Shown here in pieces: positions 10,402 to 19,038 of a DNA stretch of 45,911 nt. The stretch is taken from the NCBI GenBank assembly GCA_002385415.1, contig DGDL01000088.1, positions 3,117-49,027 on the forward strand, given 5' to 3'. Made by a program: the position numbers and the translations under genes. The notes beneath the pieces are model-generated. The model worked only from the letters and a program-made list of their open reading frames with translations, was not told the DNA's origin and made no database searches. Position 1 is the stretch's first letter; every line of letters starts with the position of its first letter. This stretch comes from Clostridiales bacterium UBA3953 (GTDB lineage Bacteria; Bacillota; Clostridia; Oscillospirales; CAG-272).

Positions 10402-10530
10402 CCGTTTTCGATGCAGTAGAATTGCTGTGCACGACGCATATAAAGGAGGACCATCGCTTTCAGCATAAGCGGATTCATGCATAAAATACACAGGAGGAAT
10501 TACTCCCGGGCACAGAATATAAAAAAATAA

Positions 10531-10866
10531 TCAATTGCACACCAAAGGCATTATGCAGCGATAATTGTCCCCCGGATAAAGATATACATTCCGGCGATAG
10601 CGCAGTCTCGGTATAGCTATTCTATAAAATCCCGGTTTCAAAGAACTGAAAATTGCAAACCCGTCACGTCCAGTATATGCTGTTCTGCAAGTACATCTGC
10701 CAATCAGCTTCACCGGCACTCCACGATAAATGCCGCTAATTTTACCGAACAGCACAACACATACCGCAAGCGAGGCATCGTCCGGTCCAATCATAATATT
10801 GACTCTGACGTTTCCGCCTTTTTTCAGATGAAACCGCTTGCTTGCGGTAAGAATATTCCGGTCCAT
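10531..10866 (-). CDS. small basic protein with one carboxypeptidase-regulatory/prealbumin-like fold
   Basis: GVPVKL...TAYTGRDGFAIFSSLKPGFYRI matches the T..dG.f.F..L.pG.Y pattern. Starts 4 nt after the upstream stop. Confidence 0.65.
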   Translation of the reverse strand: MDRNILTASKRFHLKKGGNVRVNIMIGPDDASLAVCVVLFGKISGIYRGVPVKLIGRCTCRTAYTGRDGFAIFSSLKPGFYRIAIPRLRYRRNVYLYPGDNYRCIMPLVCN

Positions 10867-10870
10867 GGTC

Positions 10871-11737
10871 TTACGTTGTGCCAGATACCTTGGCTTTGAC
10901 TATATATTCGCCGTCCGCTACGTCTCCGAACAGGTATCTGCCCTCTTCATTTGTATAGGTGATCGCAACAAGAGTATCGGATGCGCCCCCACTGACCGTA
11001 TAAAGCCCAACAAACGCTCCCTCAATCGGGTTAAGCTCGTCGTCGACAATGGTACCGCTTATAGTGCCCGTAGCGGCGAGCGGGTCCACATCAAGCGCTA
11101 CAGATTCCTCAAGACTCAAGCCCGTGGTGACCTCGACGGTGATCGGACCAAACGCATGGTATCCGGATTTGCTGAATAAAAGCTGGTAAGTGTCGGGGTC
11201 GATGTTTTCGAGCACATACTCGCCGTCGTCTATGGTGACGGTGGTTGAAATAAGCTCGTAACTTCCGTTGTCTTCGACAAAAAGTGTTACAACAACATCT
11301 TCGAGCGGCGTCCCAGTGCCGCTTTCAGTGACCGTGCCGTAAATCGTACCCTGATTTTGCTTTGCGTCCTCAGTAAGCGTGATGACCTTAACAACGGGTG
11401 CGGATTCCGAAACGGTTATCTCGATGCCGGCAGCCATTATATAGCCGTCTTTGGACGCACTCAAATAGTACGTACCTTCGGGTATATTTATAAACGCAAA
11501 TTCTCCGAGCGAATTTGTCGACATGTGATAAAGCGGCAAGCCGGCCTCAGAAAATATTTTCACTGTCGCGCCTTGGATAGGTGCGGGCACTGTGTCATCG
11601 TCCATAACAAAGCCGGTAACCGTTCCGCCTGTCTGTTCCTCTGCCTTCTCAAGCTGTAAGTTAACGTCGGCTTCATTACCTTCAATTTCAACAGGGGATG
11701 ACGCTTCTAATTTATATATATCCTCTATTGGAACCAT
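10871..11737 (-). CDS. acidic protein with three carboxypeptidase-regulatory-like (CnaB-type) repeats
   Basis: Three repeats of G.V.G.V....PI.GA.V.L...T...GE(Y/F).F..I..G.Y. No signal peptide. AGGAAGG RBS. Confidence 0.85.
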   Translation of the reverse strand: MVPIEDIYKLEASSPVEIEGNEADVNLQLEKAEEQTGGTVTGFVMDDDTVPAPIQGATVKIFSEAGLPLYHMSTNSLGEFAFINIPEGTYYLSASKDGYIMAAGIEITVSESAPVVKVITLTEDAKQNQGTIYGTVTESGTGTPLEDVVVTLFVEDNGSYELISTTVTIDDGEYVLENIDPDTYQLLFSKSGYHAFGPITVEVTTGLSLEESVALDVDPLAATGTISGTIVDDELNPIEGAFVGLYTVSGGASDTLVAITYTNEEGRYLFGDVADGEYIVKAKVSGTT

Positions 11738-11791
11738 TTTTATCCTTCCTTTTTATTTGTTTGTTGGGCGGCATCGCATACCGCCATTCCC

Positions 11792-11819
11792 ATTATATGA
11801 AGGCATATCTCGGCGTGTG
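11792..11819 (-). promoter_or_regulatory. candidate sigma-K promoter
   Basis: Minus strand reads CACA-16nt-CATATAAT, matching the mACA-N16-CATA---T consensus. Confidence 0.55.
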
Positions 11820-11854
11820 AGCCGGCGTATTTGGGCTGTTCTGTGCACATGAAA

Positions 11855-11878
11855 TGGGGAGCCGGTTAAAGCTCCCCA
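11855..11878. repeat. GGGGAGC...GCTCCCC hairpin repeat, copy 3 (probable GNAT terminator)
   Basis: TGGGGAGCCGGTTAAAGCTCCCCA just downstream of the GNAT stop codon. Confidence 0.7.
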
Positions 11879-11890
11879 CATTTTCTCTTT

Positions 11891-12409
11891 TCACGCGCCG
11901 AGCATGAACCGCATCGGCAAGTTTTCGGTTTCTTTGTAGTATTCTACCTCGTCGACCGTAAAGCCCTGCTCCTGCCAAAAGCGCAGTGCTCCGGTGTTGC
12001 TGGGCTCCACCGACAGCCGGATGGAATCGAACCGGCCGTCCGACGCATTTATTATTGCGGTCACAATCTCTGTTCCGATACCTTCGCGCTGCATGCCTCC
12101 GTCAACAAGCAGAAGCCCGATAAATGATGTGCCCCGGTCAGGGTAATCTTCAAGCAATGAAACTACGGCGACAGGTATATCGTGTTTTCTGATACCAAGA
12201 CAATAAACCTTGGATTTGTCGAAGTTGTCGGGACAATAGCATACAGCCTCAAGACAGTCCTGGCTGGCGAGCGGTCGCCCCTTTATAGCTTCCCAATAAT
12301 CTGCGTTGCTTTCAAAGACGCTGTAATAGTCTCTGTAATTTCTTTCCGTCAGCTTTTCAACTGTATAGCCGCCAAGAGACTGCTCAAAACTTGATAGAAA
12401 GTCCATCAT
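11891..12409 (-). CDS. GNAT family N-acetyltransferase
   Basis: IGLLLV....QREGIG (motif A) and N..ALRFW...GF (motif B). Confidence 0.9.
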   Translation of the reverse strand: MMDFLSSFEQSLGGYTVEKLTERNYRDYYSVFESNADYWEAIKGRPLASQDCLEAVCYCPDNFDKSKVYCLGIRKHDIPVAVVSLLEDYPDRGTSFIGLLLVDGGMQREGIGTEIVTAIINASDGRFDSIRLSVEPSNTGALRFWQEQGFTVDEVEYYKETENLPMRFMLGA

Positions 12410-12418
12410 CTGCGCACC

Positions 12419-12544
12419 TCAATCGCAGCGGCACATCAGCCAACCGAATGCACTCATGTTGATGAGTCTTTTGGGATTAGCCGGGTCGGTCTCGCTTTGC
12501 ATTTCAATCAAATTCATCAGCCCCACCAACGGAATAACCGTCAT
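12419..12544 (-). CDS. putative 41-aa small protein not in the ORF track
   Basis: GGAG RBS, then MTVIPLVGLMNLIEMQSETDPANPKRLINMSAFGWLMCRCD. Lies between a sigma-A promoter and the GNAT gene. Its stop overlaps the GNAT RBS. Confidence 0.4.
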   Translation of the reverse strand: MTVIPLVGLMNLIEMQSETDPANPKRLINMSAFGWLMCRCD

Positions 12545-12581
12545 TTAACTCTCCGCTATATAATTTTTCAAAATTTATATT

Positions 12582-12610
12582 ATTATAGCATAGTCACACG
12601 CAAAGTACAA
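12582..12610 (-). promoter_or_regulatory. sigma-A promoter
   Basis: TTGTAC-17nt-TATAAT with TG extension. Confidence 0.7.
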
Positions 12611-12844
12611 GTGCGGCTCACTGCAAATATTGCCAAATCCAATAGAAAAATTTACAATTTATATTAAGAAGCGGCAATATTGAGTATATTATAATTTTAT
12701 ACAAGCGATTAAGCGCGCATTTCGTTTTTTGCGACGTAAGTTGATATGCTGTTTGCATGCACTGCTGCAGCACAACCGCGATATTTGCTTGTTTAGCTTT
12801 AGTATATCAAAAAAGACCGAATAATTCTATGGAGGTATAACTTA

Positions 12845-13414
12845 ATGGATAACGGAAAACTGAAGATAGGAGTAATAACAGGCAGCCTGCGCCGTGGCTC
12901 GTATTCGAGGGCGATAGCCAATGCGCTGTTTGAGCTGGCACCCGAAAAACTGGAGCTGCGGCATGTTGAAATAGGCGACCTTCCGCTTTACAATGAAGAC
13001 CTCGACGAAGAAAATGTGCCCGAGGCCTGGGTTCGGTTCCGCACCGAGCTCGACCGCTGTGACGGGTTTATATTCGTGACGCCGGAGTATAACCGCTCTA
13101 TTCCGGCGGCGGTGAAAAACGCACTCGATGTCGGCTCGCGGCCGTACGGGCAAAACAAATGGGACGGCAAGCCGGGCGCCATAGTCTGCGCCACGCCGGG
13201 TTCGCTCGGAGCGTTCGGCGCCGGAGCCGCACTGCGACCGCCGATGACTTTTCTCAACATTATTCTTCTCCAGCAGCCCGAGGTTTATATAAGCCGTGTC
13301 CACGAGCTGCTCGACGAGGACGGCAAGCTGGTCAACGAGTCGACAAGGGATTTTCTTAAATCGTTTATTGAGGCGTTTGAAAAATTCGCAGCGGCTATTG
13401 TTGCGATAAAGTAG
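12845..13414 (+). CDS. NADPH-dependent FMN reductase (ChrR/YieF-like)
   Basis: GSLRRGSYS, PLYNED, VTPEYNRS, KNALD..SRP. GGAGG RBS. Confidence 0.92.
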   Translation: MDNGKLKIGVITGSLRRGSYSRAIANALFELAPEKLELRHVEIGDLPLYNEDLDEENVPEAWVRFRTELDRCDGFIFVTPEYNRSIPAAVKNALDVGSRPYGQNKWDGKPGAIVCATPGSLGAFGAGAALRPPMTFLNIILLQQPEVYISRVHELLDEDGKLVNESTRDFLKSFIEAFEKFAAAIVAIK

Positions 13415-13442
13415 ACTGTAATTGTAGACTACAAATAGTGTT

Positions 13443-13466
13443 GGGGAGCTTCGGCGGAAGCTCCCC
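13443..13466. repeat. GGGGAGC...GCTCCCC hairpin repeat, copy 4 (probable terminator)
   Basis: GGGGAGCTTCGGCGGAAGCTCCCC followed by GTTTGTTTT. Confidence 0.75.
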
Positions 13467-13583
13467 GTTTGTTTTATAGGCGGTGTTTTGGATGCCGGCA
13501 GTACATGTGTGCTGACGGCGTGCGCCGTCGTCGGCTGGTACATCCTGACGGATTGCTGCGCACAGCGCTGCGTATCCACACAT

Positions 13584-13611
13584 AAAAAAGCGCTCCGCAG
13601 AAGCGGAACGC
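13584..13611 (-). terminator. intrinsic terminator of murA-HAD
   Basis: Minus strand GCGTTCCGC-TTCT-GCGGAGCGC followed by TTTTTT. Confidence 0.65.
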
Positions 13612-13652
13612 CGGATTATTTTCTATGCCAATATGTAATGTAACACTGCGGA

Positions 13653-14318
13653 CTACTCTCGCACCCCGAATAGTTCGGCGACAATCGCGGGCAGCTCCGA
13701 AAGGTCATCCGTCACCCTGTCTGCCCCCGCATCAAGCAAAGTGTTGCGGTCAAACGATGTCGTCACACCCAGCGCTGTCATCCCCGCGGCTTTCGCCGCC
13801 ATCACTCCCGACACCGCATCCTCCACAACAAGTGAGCGAGACGGCTCCCCGCCCGCTTTTTCCGCGGCTTTCAGGAATATATCCGGCGCAGGCTTTTTCC
13901 GCGCCACGTCGCTGCCGGTCACAATCGCGTCAAATATAGTGGTGTCAATCCCAATCTGGCGAAGATTACATTCAACCTTCACCAGATCTGAGGCCGACGC
14001 CACCGCCAGCCTGTATCCTTTGCAATGCAGTGCGGTGAGTACCGGCTTCGACCACGGGAACACCTGGACCCACTCATCCGCGCGCTCGATGTATATCTCA
14101 TAGGCGCGCGCCTTCATCGACGGGTCATACGCCGCGCCGTATTTCTCGCACACCCCGGCAATGAACTTGTCGTCGCCCATGCCGGTAAACGGCTTGAAAT
14201 CCTCGTACTCGGCGTCAATGCCGCGCTCTTTCAGTGTTTGCAGCGATGCAAAGGTTATCGCGGGCTCGGAGTTGACGAGCACTCCGTCCATATCGAATAT
14301 AATCAATTCAATCGACAT
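13653..14318 (-). CDS. HAD-IA phosphatase (beta-phosphoglucomutase-like)
   Basis: IFDMDGVL, SAS, KPAPDIFL, VEDA..G..AAKAAGM. Confidence 0.9.
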   Translation of the reverse strand: MSIELIIFDMDGVLVNSEPAITFASLQTLKERGIDAEYEDFKPFTGMGDDKFIAGVCEKYGAAYDPSMKARAYEIYIERADEWVQVFPWSKPVLTALHCKGYRLAVASASDLVKVECNLRQIGIDTTIFDAIVTGSDVARKKPAPDIFLKAAEKAGGEPSRSLVVEDAVSGVMAAKAAGMTALGVTTSFDRNTLLDAGADRVTDDLSELPAIVAELFGVRE

Positions 14319-14341
14319 TTTTAACAGTCCGGTTATTAGTA

Positions 14342-15634
14342 TTAAGTCGCTTTTTCCAGCTGGAACGGTTCGGGCACGACAATCTTCCGTATATCGGCAC
14401 CCACACTCTGCAGTTTACCGACAATATTGTCGTAACCGCGTTCAATGTGATACACATCCTCAATTTCCGTTCGCCCTTCAGTCGCGAGCCCGGCAATCAC
14501 CATCGCCACGCCCGCGCGCAGGTCGAGCGCACGCACCTGCGCCGCCGAAAGCGGCGTCCCGCCCTCTATTATCGCGGTACGGCCGTCGACCTTAATCTTT
14601 GCGCCCATGCGTTTCAGCTCTTCCACATAGCGGAACCTGTTTTCAAAAATCCCTTCGTTTAGGTAGCTTACCCCGTCCGCCAAACACATCAGCACGCACA
14701 TCTGCGGCTGCATGTCTGTCGGAAAGCCGGGATAAGGCAAGGTTTTCACGTTAACTCTGTTCAGCGGGCCGTCACGCCAAACGGTGACAACGTCGTCCCC
14801 CATCTCCACGTTCACGCCCATCTCCTCGAGTTTGGCCGCGATAGATTCGAGATGCTTGGGGATAACGTTTTTGACACGCAGCCGCCCCTTTGTCGCGGCC
14901 GCCGCGATCATATATGTGCCCGCCTCGATCATGTCGGGTATTATCGCATAGGTACAGCCCTTGAGCTTATCAACACCTTTGATTCTGATGGTGTCAGTAC
15001 CCGCGCCCATGATGTTAGCGCCGCAGGTATTAAGGAAGTTCGCCACGTCCACCACATGCGGTTCGCGCGCGGCGTTCTCTATAATTGTCGTTCCCTTCGC
15101 TCTCACCGCCGCGAGCATAACGTTTATTGTGCCGCCGACAGTGTTGAGGTCGAAAAAGATGTTTGTTCCCCGAAGTCCGTCGGGCGGAGCGATAGCCTCT
15201 ACATAGCCGCCCTCGCAAGTAACGGTTGCGCCCAGCGCCTCGAACCCCTTGATATGCTGGTCGATAGGCCGCACGCCGAAATCGCAGCCGCCGGGATACC
15301 CGGCATAAGCGCGCCCGTATCTGCCAAGCTCCGCACCGTAAAGATAGTATGAGGAGCGCATTCTGCGCACCAAATCAATCGGCGACGTCCCACCGATTGC
15401 GTTGCGGGTATCAATCTCGACAGTGTTTTTGTCCAGCATCCTCACCGAGACATTCATGTGGCGAAGGATCTCGAGCGAGGTGGCGACGTCATTTATCACA
15501 GGAAGATTCTCAATGATACATCTATCGCTTACAAGCAATGTGGATATCAATATCGCACCAGCGGCATTTTTTGTCCCGCTGACCTCTATATCGCCATAAA
15601 GTGGCCTGCCGCCGTTTATTACGATCTTTTCCAT
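14342..15634 (-). CDS. murA: UDP-N-acetylglucosamine 1-carboxyvinyltransferase
   Basis: SGTKNA, PGGCDFGVRPIDQH (catalytic Cys), AAREPH, PDMIEAGT, YPGFPTDMQ, DLRAG, IERGY. Confidence 0.97.
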   Translation of the reverse strand: MEKIVINGGRPLYGDIEVSGTKNAAGAILISTLLVSDRCIIENLPVINDVATSLEILRHMNVSVRMLDKNTVEIDTRNAIGGTSPIDLVRRMRSSYYLYGAELGRYGRAYAGYPGGCDFGVRPIDQHIKGFEALGATVTCEGGYVEAIAPPDGLRGTNIFFDLNTVGGTINVMLAAVRAKGTTIIENAAREPHVVDVANFLNTCGANIMGAGTDTIRIKGVDKLKGCTYAIIPDMIEAGTYMIAAAATKGRLRVKNVIPKHLESIAAKLEEMGVNVEMGDDVVTVWRDGPLNRVNVKTLPYPGFPTDMQPQMCVLMCLADGVSYLNEGIFENRFRYVEELKRMGAKIKVDGRTAIIEGGTPLSAAQVRALDLRAGVAMVIAGLATEGRTEIEDVYHIERGYDNIVGKLQSVGADIRKIVVPEPFQLEKAT

Positions 15635-16118
15635 TTCGGATTACACAGCCCGATAACCCCGAATTTGCCGCAGCAGTCAAGCTGCCATGCGGCCGCGCGG
15701 TTTATCCGGCTCCTCCATTATATATTTTCAAGCAAATCGGTATTTTCAAAGCTGATTTTCGCCCGGCAACGCCGCCACACGCAAGACGTGCGCCGCGGCC
15801 GCCGCCCGAAACAAATGCATACTCTTTCGACAAAAACTTACAGTGCGCATCGGATAACGGGCCGCCTGCCGCGCCGGGCAAACGGGCACGGCATAATCCG
15901 CACCCTTTTTTATCAGGCACAAAGCCGAATGCGAAGTGCCGCCGGTCACACTGCCGGCGTGCAAGTCCGGCAAACGCCGTATACTTTGGCTATATTTAAC
16001 TGTGGATTTGGCAATATACTATATTATTAGCATATTGGCTCAGTCGTGTATTATACCACGCCTCTTTTATAAATAAAAGGGCTTTTTAGTAAAATCTTAA
16101 TTATTTCTAAAGATTTAG

Positions 16119-17171
16119 TTATTTTGTATATATGTCGCCGTTAAGCGAGTTCCTGACCCGTACAACAGAATCGTTGTATGTAAATTTCCAGCCGGGCAAA
16201 AGGTAGAACTTGGCGCGGTTTGCATACCATGTGATGCAAAGGCAGCTTTCCGCCGAGGTCAGGACATACCTTTCGTCCGCGGCGGGCGATATTTCGTTTC
16301 TGTGCGGAGGCTCGGGGTCTGCGGCCGTCTTTTGCTGCGGCGGTTTGCCGTTTTCCGTTTCTCCGTCGGCGACAGGCAATGTCTCGGCTACCGCGCCGCT
16401 TCCACCAAGGTCGTGGCTTTCAAGCAGCATCAGGTTGACCTGATCGCGCAGCTCCCTGTTGCGGCTTTCGTCAAGATTGCAAAGGATCAGGTTGCCGCTG
16501 ACATATACAACTTTCGAGTTTTTGACGGCGACCACAGCCTCGCAGCCGTAAACGGGCTGGCCGCCGACATATTGGGCGACTGTTGTGATATACAGCTCTC
16601 TCGGCGCGTCATAACGGACGCCGCCGAACTCGAGCCTGATTCGCAGCCCGACCGGAACGTCGGGTCCGTTGAGTGCGCCGTCGGCGTACAGGAATTTTTT
16701 TACTGTGTTTTTGATTTGAAGCGCGCGGACAAAGTCGACCTCGGGCAGCTCCGAAATGTAGCCCGGGTCAATCTCAAAAATGCCGGAAGGGTCGCTGCTC
16801 CTATAGACATATTTGAACCCGAACGGATAGGTAAACTCATAGGTGTCGGTGCTGCCGCTGCCGGTGACGATGCTCATGCCGTTCGGGGTGACGTACGACG
16901 ACGCCTCCGCGCCGCCCGAGAGCAGGTGTGCGACGGTTTCAAAGTAGTCGTCGGGATACGAGCCGCCGTAGATGATACCCTGCTGTTTTTTTGCCGGCAA
17001 AATGCCCGGCGGTATTTCGACGTTGTCAGAAACAAGCTGTGAAAGACGCTGCAGGTTGCCGCTCGAAACATAGTTTATGTTCCGGTACTGCAAAAGCAGC
17101 GTCACACCCAAAAAGATGTCAACAACCAGCAGCAGTACAATCAAAAAATTTTTTATCTTATCCCACTTCAT
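16119..17171 (-). CDS. YycI/WalI-like two-component regulatory protein
   Basis: MKWDKIKNFLIVLLLVVDIFL N-terminal anchor, C-terminal PGWKF...V.N..NG, and position after yycH- and walK-like genes. Confidence 0.7.
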   Translation of the reverse strand: MKWDKIKNFLIVLLLVVDIFLGVTLLLQYRNINYVSSGNLQRLSQLVSDNVEIPPGILPAKKQQGIIYGGSYPDDYFETVAHLLSGGAEASSYVTPNGMSIVTGSGSTDTYEFTYPFGFKYVYRSSDPSGIFEIDPGYISELPEVDFVRALQIKNTVKKFLYADGALNGPDVPVGLRIRLEFGGVRYDAPRELYITTVAQYVGGQPVYGCEAVVAVKNSKVVYVSGNLILCNLDESRNRELRDQVNLMLLESHDLGGSGAVAETLPVADGETENGKPPQQKTAADPEPPHRNEISPAADERYVLTSAESCLCITWYANRAKFYLLPGWKFTYNDSVVRVRNSLNGDIYTK

Positions 17172-17178
17172 GCCGACC

Positions 17179-19032
17179 TCATCCTATATTGCCGTACCTC
17201 GCCTCAACAGCCGCTGCACCGGACGAGGTTAGTATCACCCAATCGGGTGAAAACTGCAGCTCTGTCGGCTCGCGCCGTTCGGTTTCAGCCGCAGAGGCGG
17301 CGTTGGTGTCGCCCGCCTCGGTTTCATCGCCTGTGACGGGCTGTGTGTCGACGTCTGCAGTATCATCACCTTCCCCGCCTTCTGAGCCAGGCTCCGTTTC
17401 AGCCGGCCGGCGTGCAGCGTCCTCGACATTGTAGGCAATCGTCAGCGCGGACGGGCGGCCTGCGTCGACTGCCCCCGGCGAGCCGAACTGGTCGTTTGAG
17501 CCTTCTGCAGCAACTATATCTCTATATAGGTGGATTATTGCCCAGCTTTGCGGCAGCGAAACGCATGCTCCGCCTTTGGTGATGCGCGCCGGCGTCATGG
17601 CAAGATTGGTCAGTGCACCGTCGGCAAACGTCATTGTTATGGCGGGGCCAAGCCCTATAATGCGATAGCCGTCGCAAAAGTATCCGAAAGCAAGCTCCAG
17701 CCCTTCGTCGCCTGCCGAAACCGAGACAAGCCCCGGATATGCGTCGCCGCCGAGCAGCTCTGGCGTTATGCTCTCAATTTTGTCGAGCAGCGACGCGGCG
17801 GCACCGAGCAGTTCATAGAAAGTGTACCTGCCGCCGTAGTTTTCGTAGCCGAGAAAAGACGAAACCGGGACTCCGCCCTTGCCCGTGCCGCCCGGCGATA
17901 CAGCCATGTAATCGATGCCGCCCGCGTCGGAAAAGCGCACGCGCCCGGACTCCCCGAGATATATTGTATAGCCTTGGCTGCGGTAGGGTGCAACTCGCTC
18001 GGTGTTTATATCAAAAAGTCCGAGCAGCTCGGTAGACGCGATGCCGTCGAGTATGCGCTCCGTTAGCTGCGGGCCGGTTTCGACGGTTATATATTTCTGC
18101 GAAAAGTCGCCGAAAGCAAGCACTGTTGTATCACGCAGCCCGTATTTATGCGCCAGCGCCTCTATAGGACTGACCGGATCTACTTCCGGCGCGTCCGGCT
18201 CGTTTTGAGCATCGCCCTGCGACGATTCTTGCGCGGCATGAGCATCGCCGTCCATTTCGCCGGCGGTGCTTTTCTCAGTTTCGCCGCTTTCGTCGATTTT
18301 TTCGCCATCGGAGACCGCATCCGGCGAAATATCGCCGATAAAATCAAATTCCACCAGCTGCCTGCTGTTATTATATGCCGTAACTGACGATTCGTCAAAA
18401 GACAGCCCGTCGCTGTCCGGCTTTGGGCTGTAGATGCTCACCTTGCCGCTCTCCGAGCGCGTGACAAGCCCCCACGAGCGCCCGCCCTGCTGCAGCGGCG
18501 TGATAAACAGCTCGCGGATATAGGGGACATCGCCTTCGGCAAGCTCCGTTTCGCCCTCCGACACCGAATAGGCAATAGCCGACGCCGGAAGCTCATGAAA
18601 ATAGCAGATGTACACAAAATCTCCTTCGCGCGCCTTGTCCCAAATCCTGTCGCCTTCGGCATCGGGCAGGGTTTTGCACACGCCGGCCGTCAAAAGCTCG
18701 GCCAAAAAATCATGCAGCACGCCGTAAATCCCGCGCATTGTGGTTTCGCCGCCGAAAAGGCCGCGCGTCACGCCCCCGATGCTGTATCCCAAAAACTCGG
18801 GCATTATATACGGGGCGATGGAGCTTTGCGGCCTGTCGTCGTAAAGCACAAGCAGCGACTTTATATCGATGTCTTCCGCCGGACTGATGCTGAAAAGCTG
18901 GGTTTGCACGATCTCGGCTGAGGCAAGCACCGTCATCAAAACAAAAAGCACTATTATAGCCGCCGTTTTTATAAGTTCCACCTGTGCCTTGCGTTTTCTT
19001 CCGTTTTTTCGTTTGTCTTTATCACCGGTCAT
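17179..19032 (-). CDS. YycH/WalH-like membrane-anchored regulatory protein with acidic low-complexity inserts
   Basis: E.IKT..I..L N-terminal TM helix, large extracellular domain, C-terminal P.W. Lies directly after the kinase. Confidence 0.6.
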   Translation of the reverse strand: MTGDKDKRKNGRKRKAQVELIKTAAIIVLFVLMTVLASAEIVQTQLFSISPAEDIDIKSLLVLYDDRPQSSIAPYIMPEFLGYSIGGVTRGLFGGETTMRGIYGVLHDFLAELLTAGVCKTLPDAEGDRIWDKAREGDFVYICYFHELPASAIAYSVSEGETELAEGDVPYIRELFITPLQQGGRSWGLVTRSESGKVSIYSPKPDSDGLSFDESSVTAYNNSRQLVEFDFIGDISPDAVSDGEKIDESGETEKSTAGEMDGDAHAAQESSQGDAQNEPDAPEVDPVSPIEALAHKYGLRDTTVLAFGDFSQKYITVETGPQLTERILDGIASTELLGLFDINTERVAPYRSQGYTIYLGESGRVRFSDAGGIDYMAVSPGGTGKGGVPVSSFLGYENYGGRYTFYELLGAAASLLDKIESITPELLGGDAYPGLVSVSAGDEGLELAFGYFCDGYRIIGLGPAITMTFADGALTNLAMTPARITKGGACVSLPQSWAIIHLYRDIVAAEGSNDQFGSPGAVDAGRPSALTIAYNVEDAARRPAETEPGSEGGEGDDTADVDTQPVTGDETEAGDTNAASAAETERREPTELQFSPDWVILTSSGAAAVEARYGNIG

Positions 19033-19038
19033 GGCCTA

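Noticed and set aside
13495-13552. Imperfect direct repeat CGGC..GTACAT..CTGACGG
   Set aside because: Only two degenerate copies between two terminators, with no functional context.
15824-15846. Possible Bacillus-type WalR box TGTAAG-N4-TGTCGA upstream of murA
   Set aside because: The spacer is 4 rather than 5 and the second half-site is poor.
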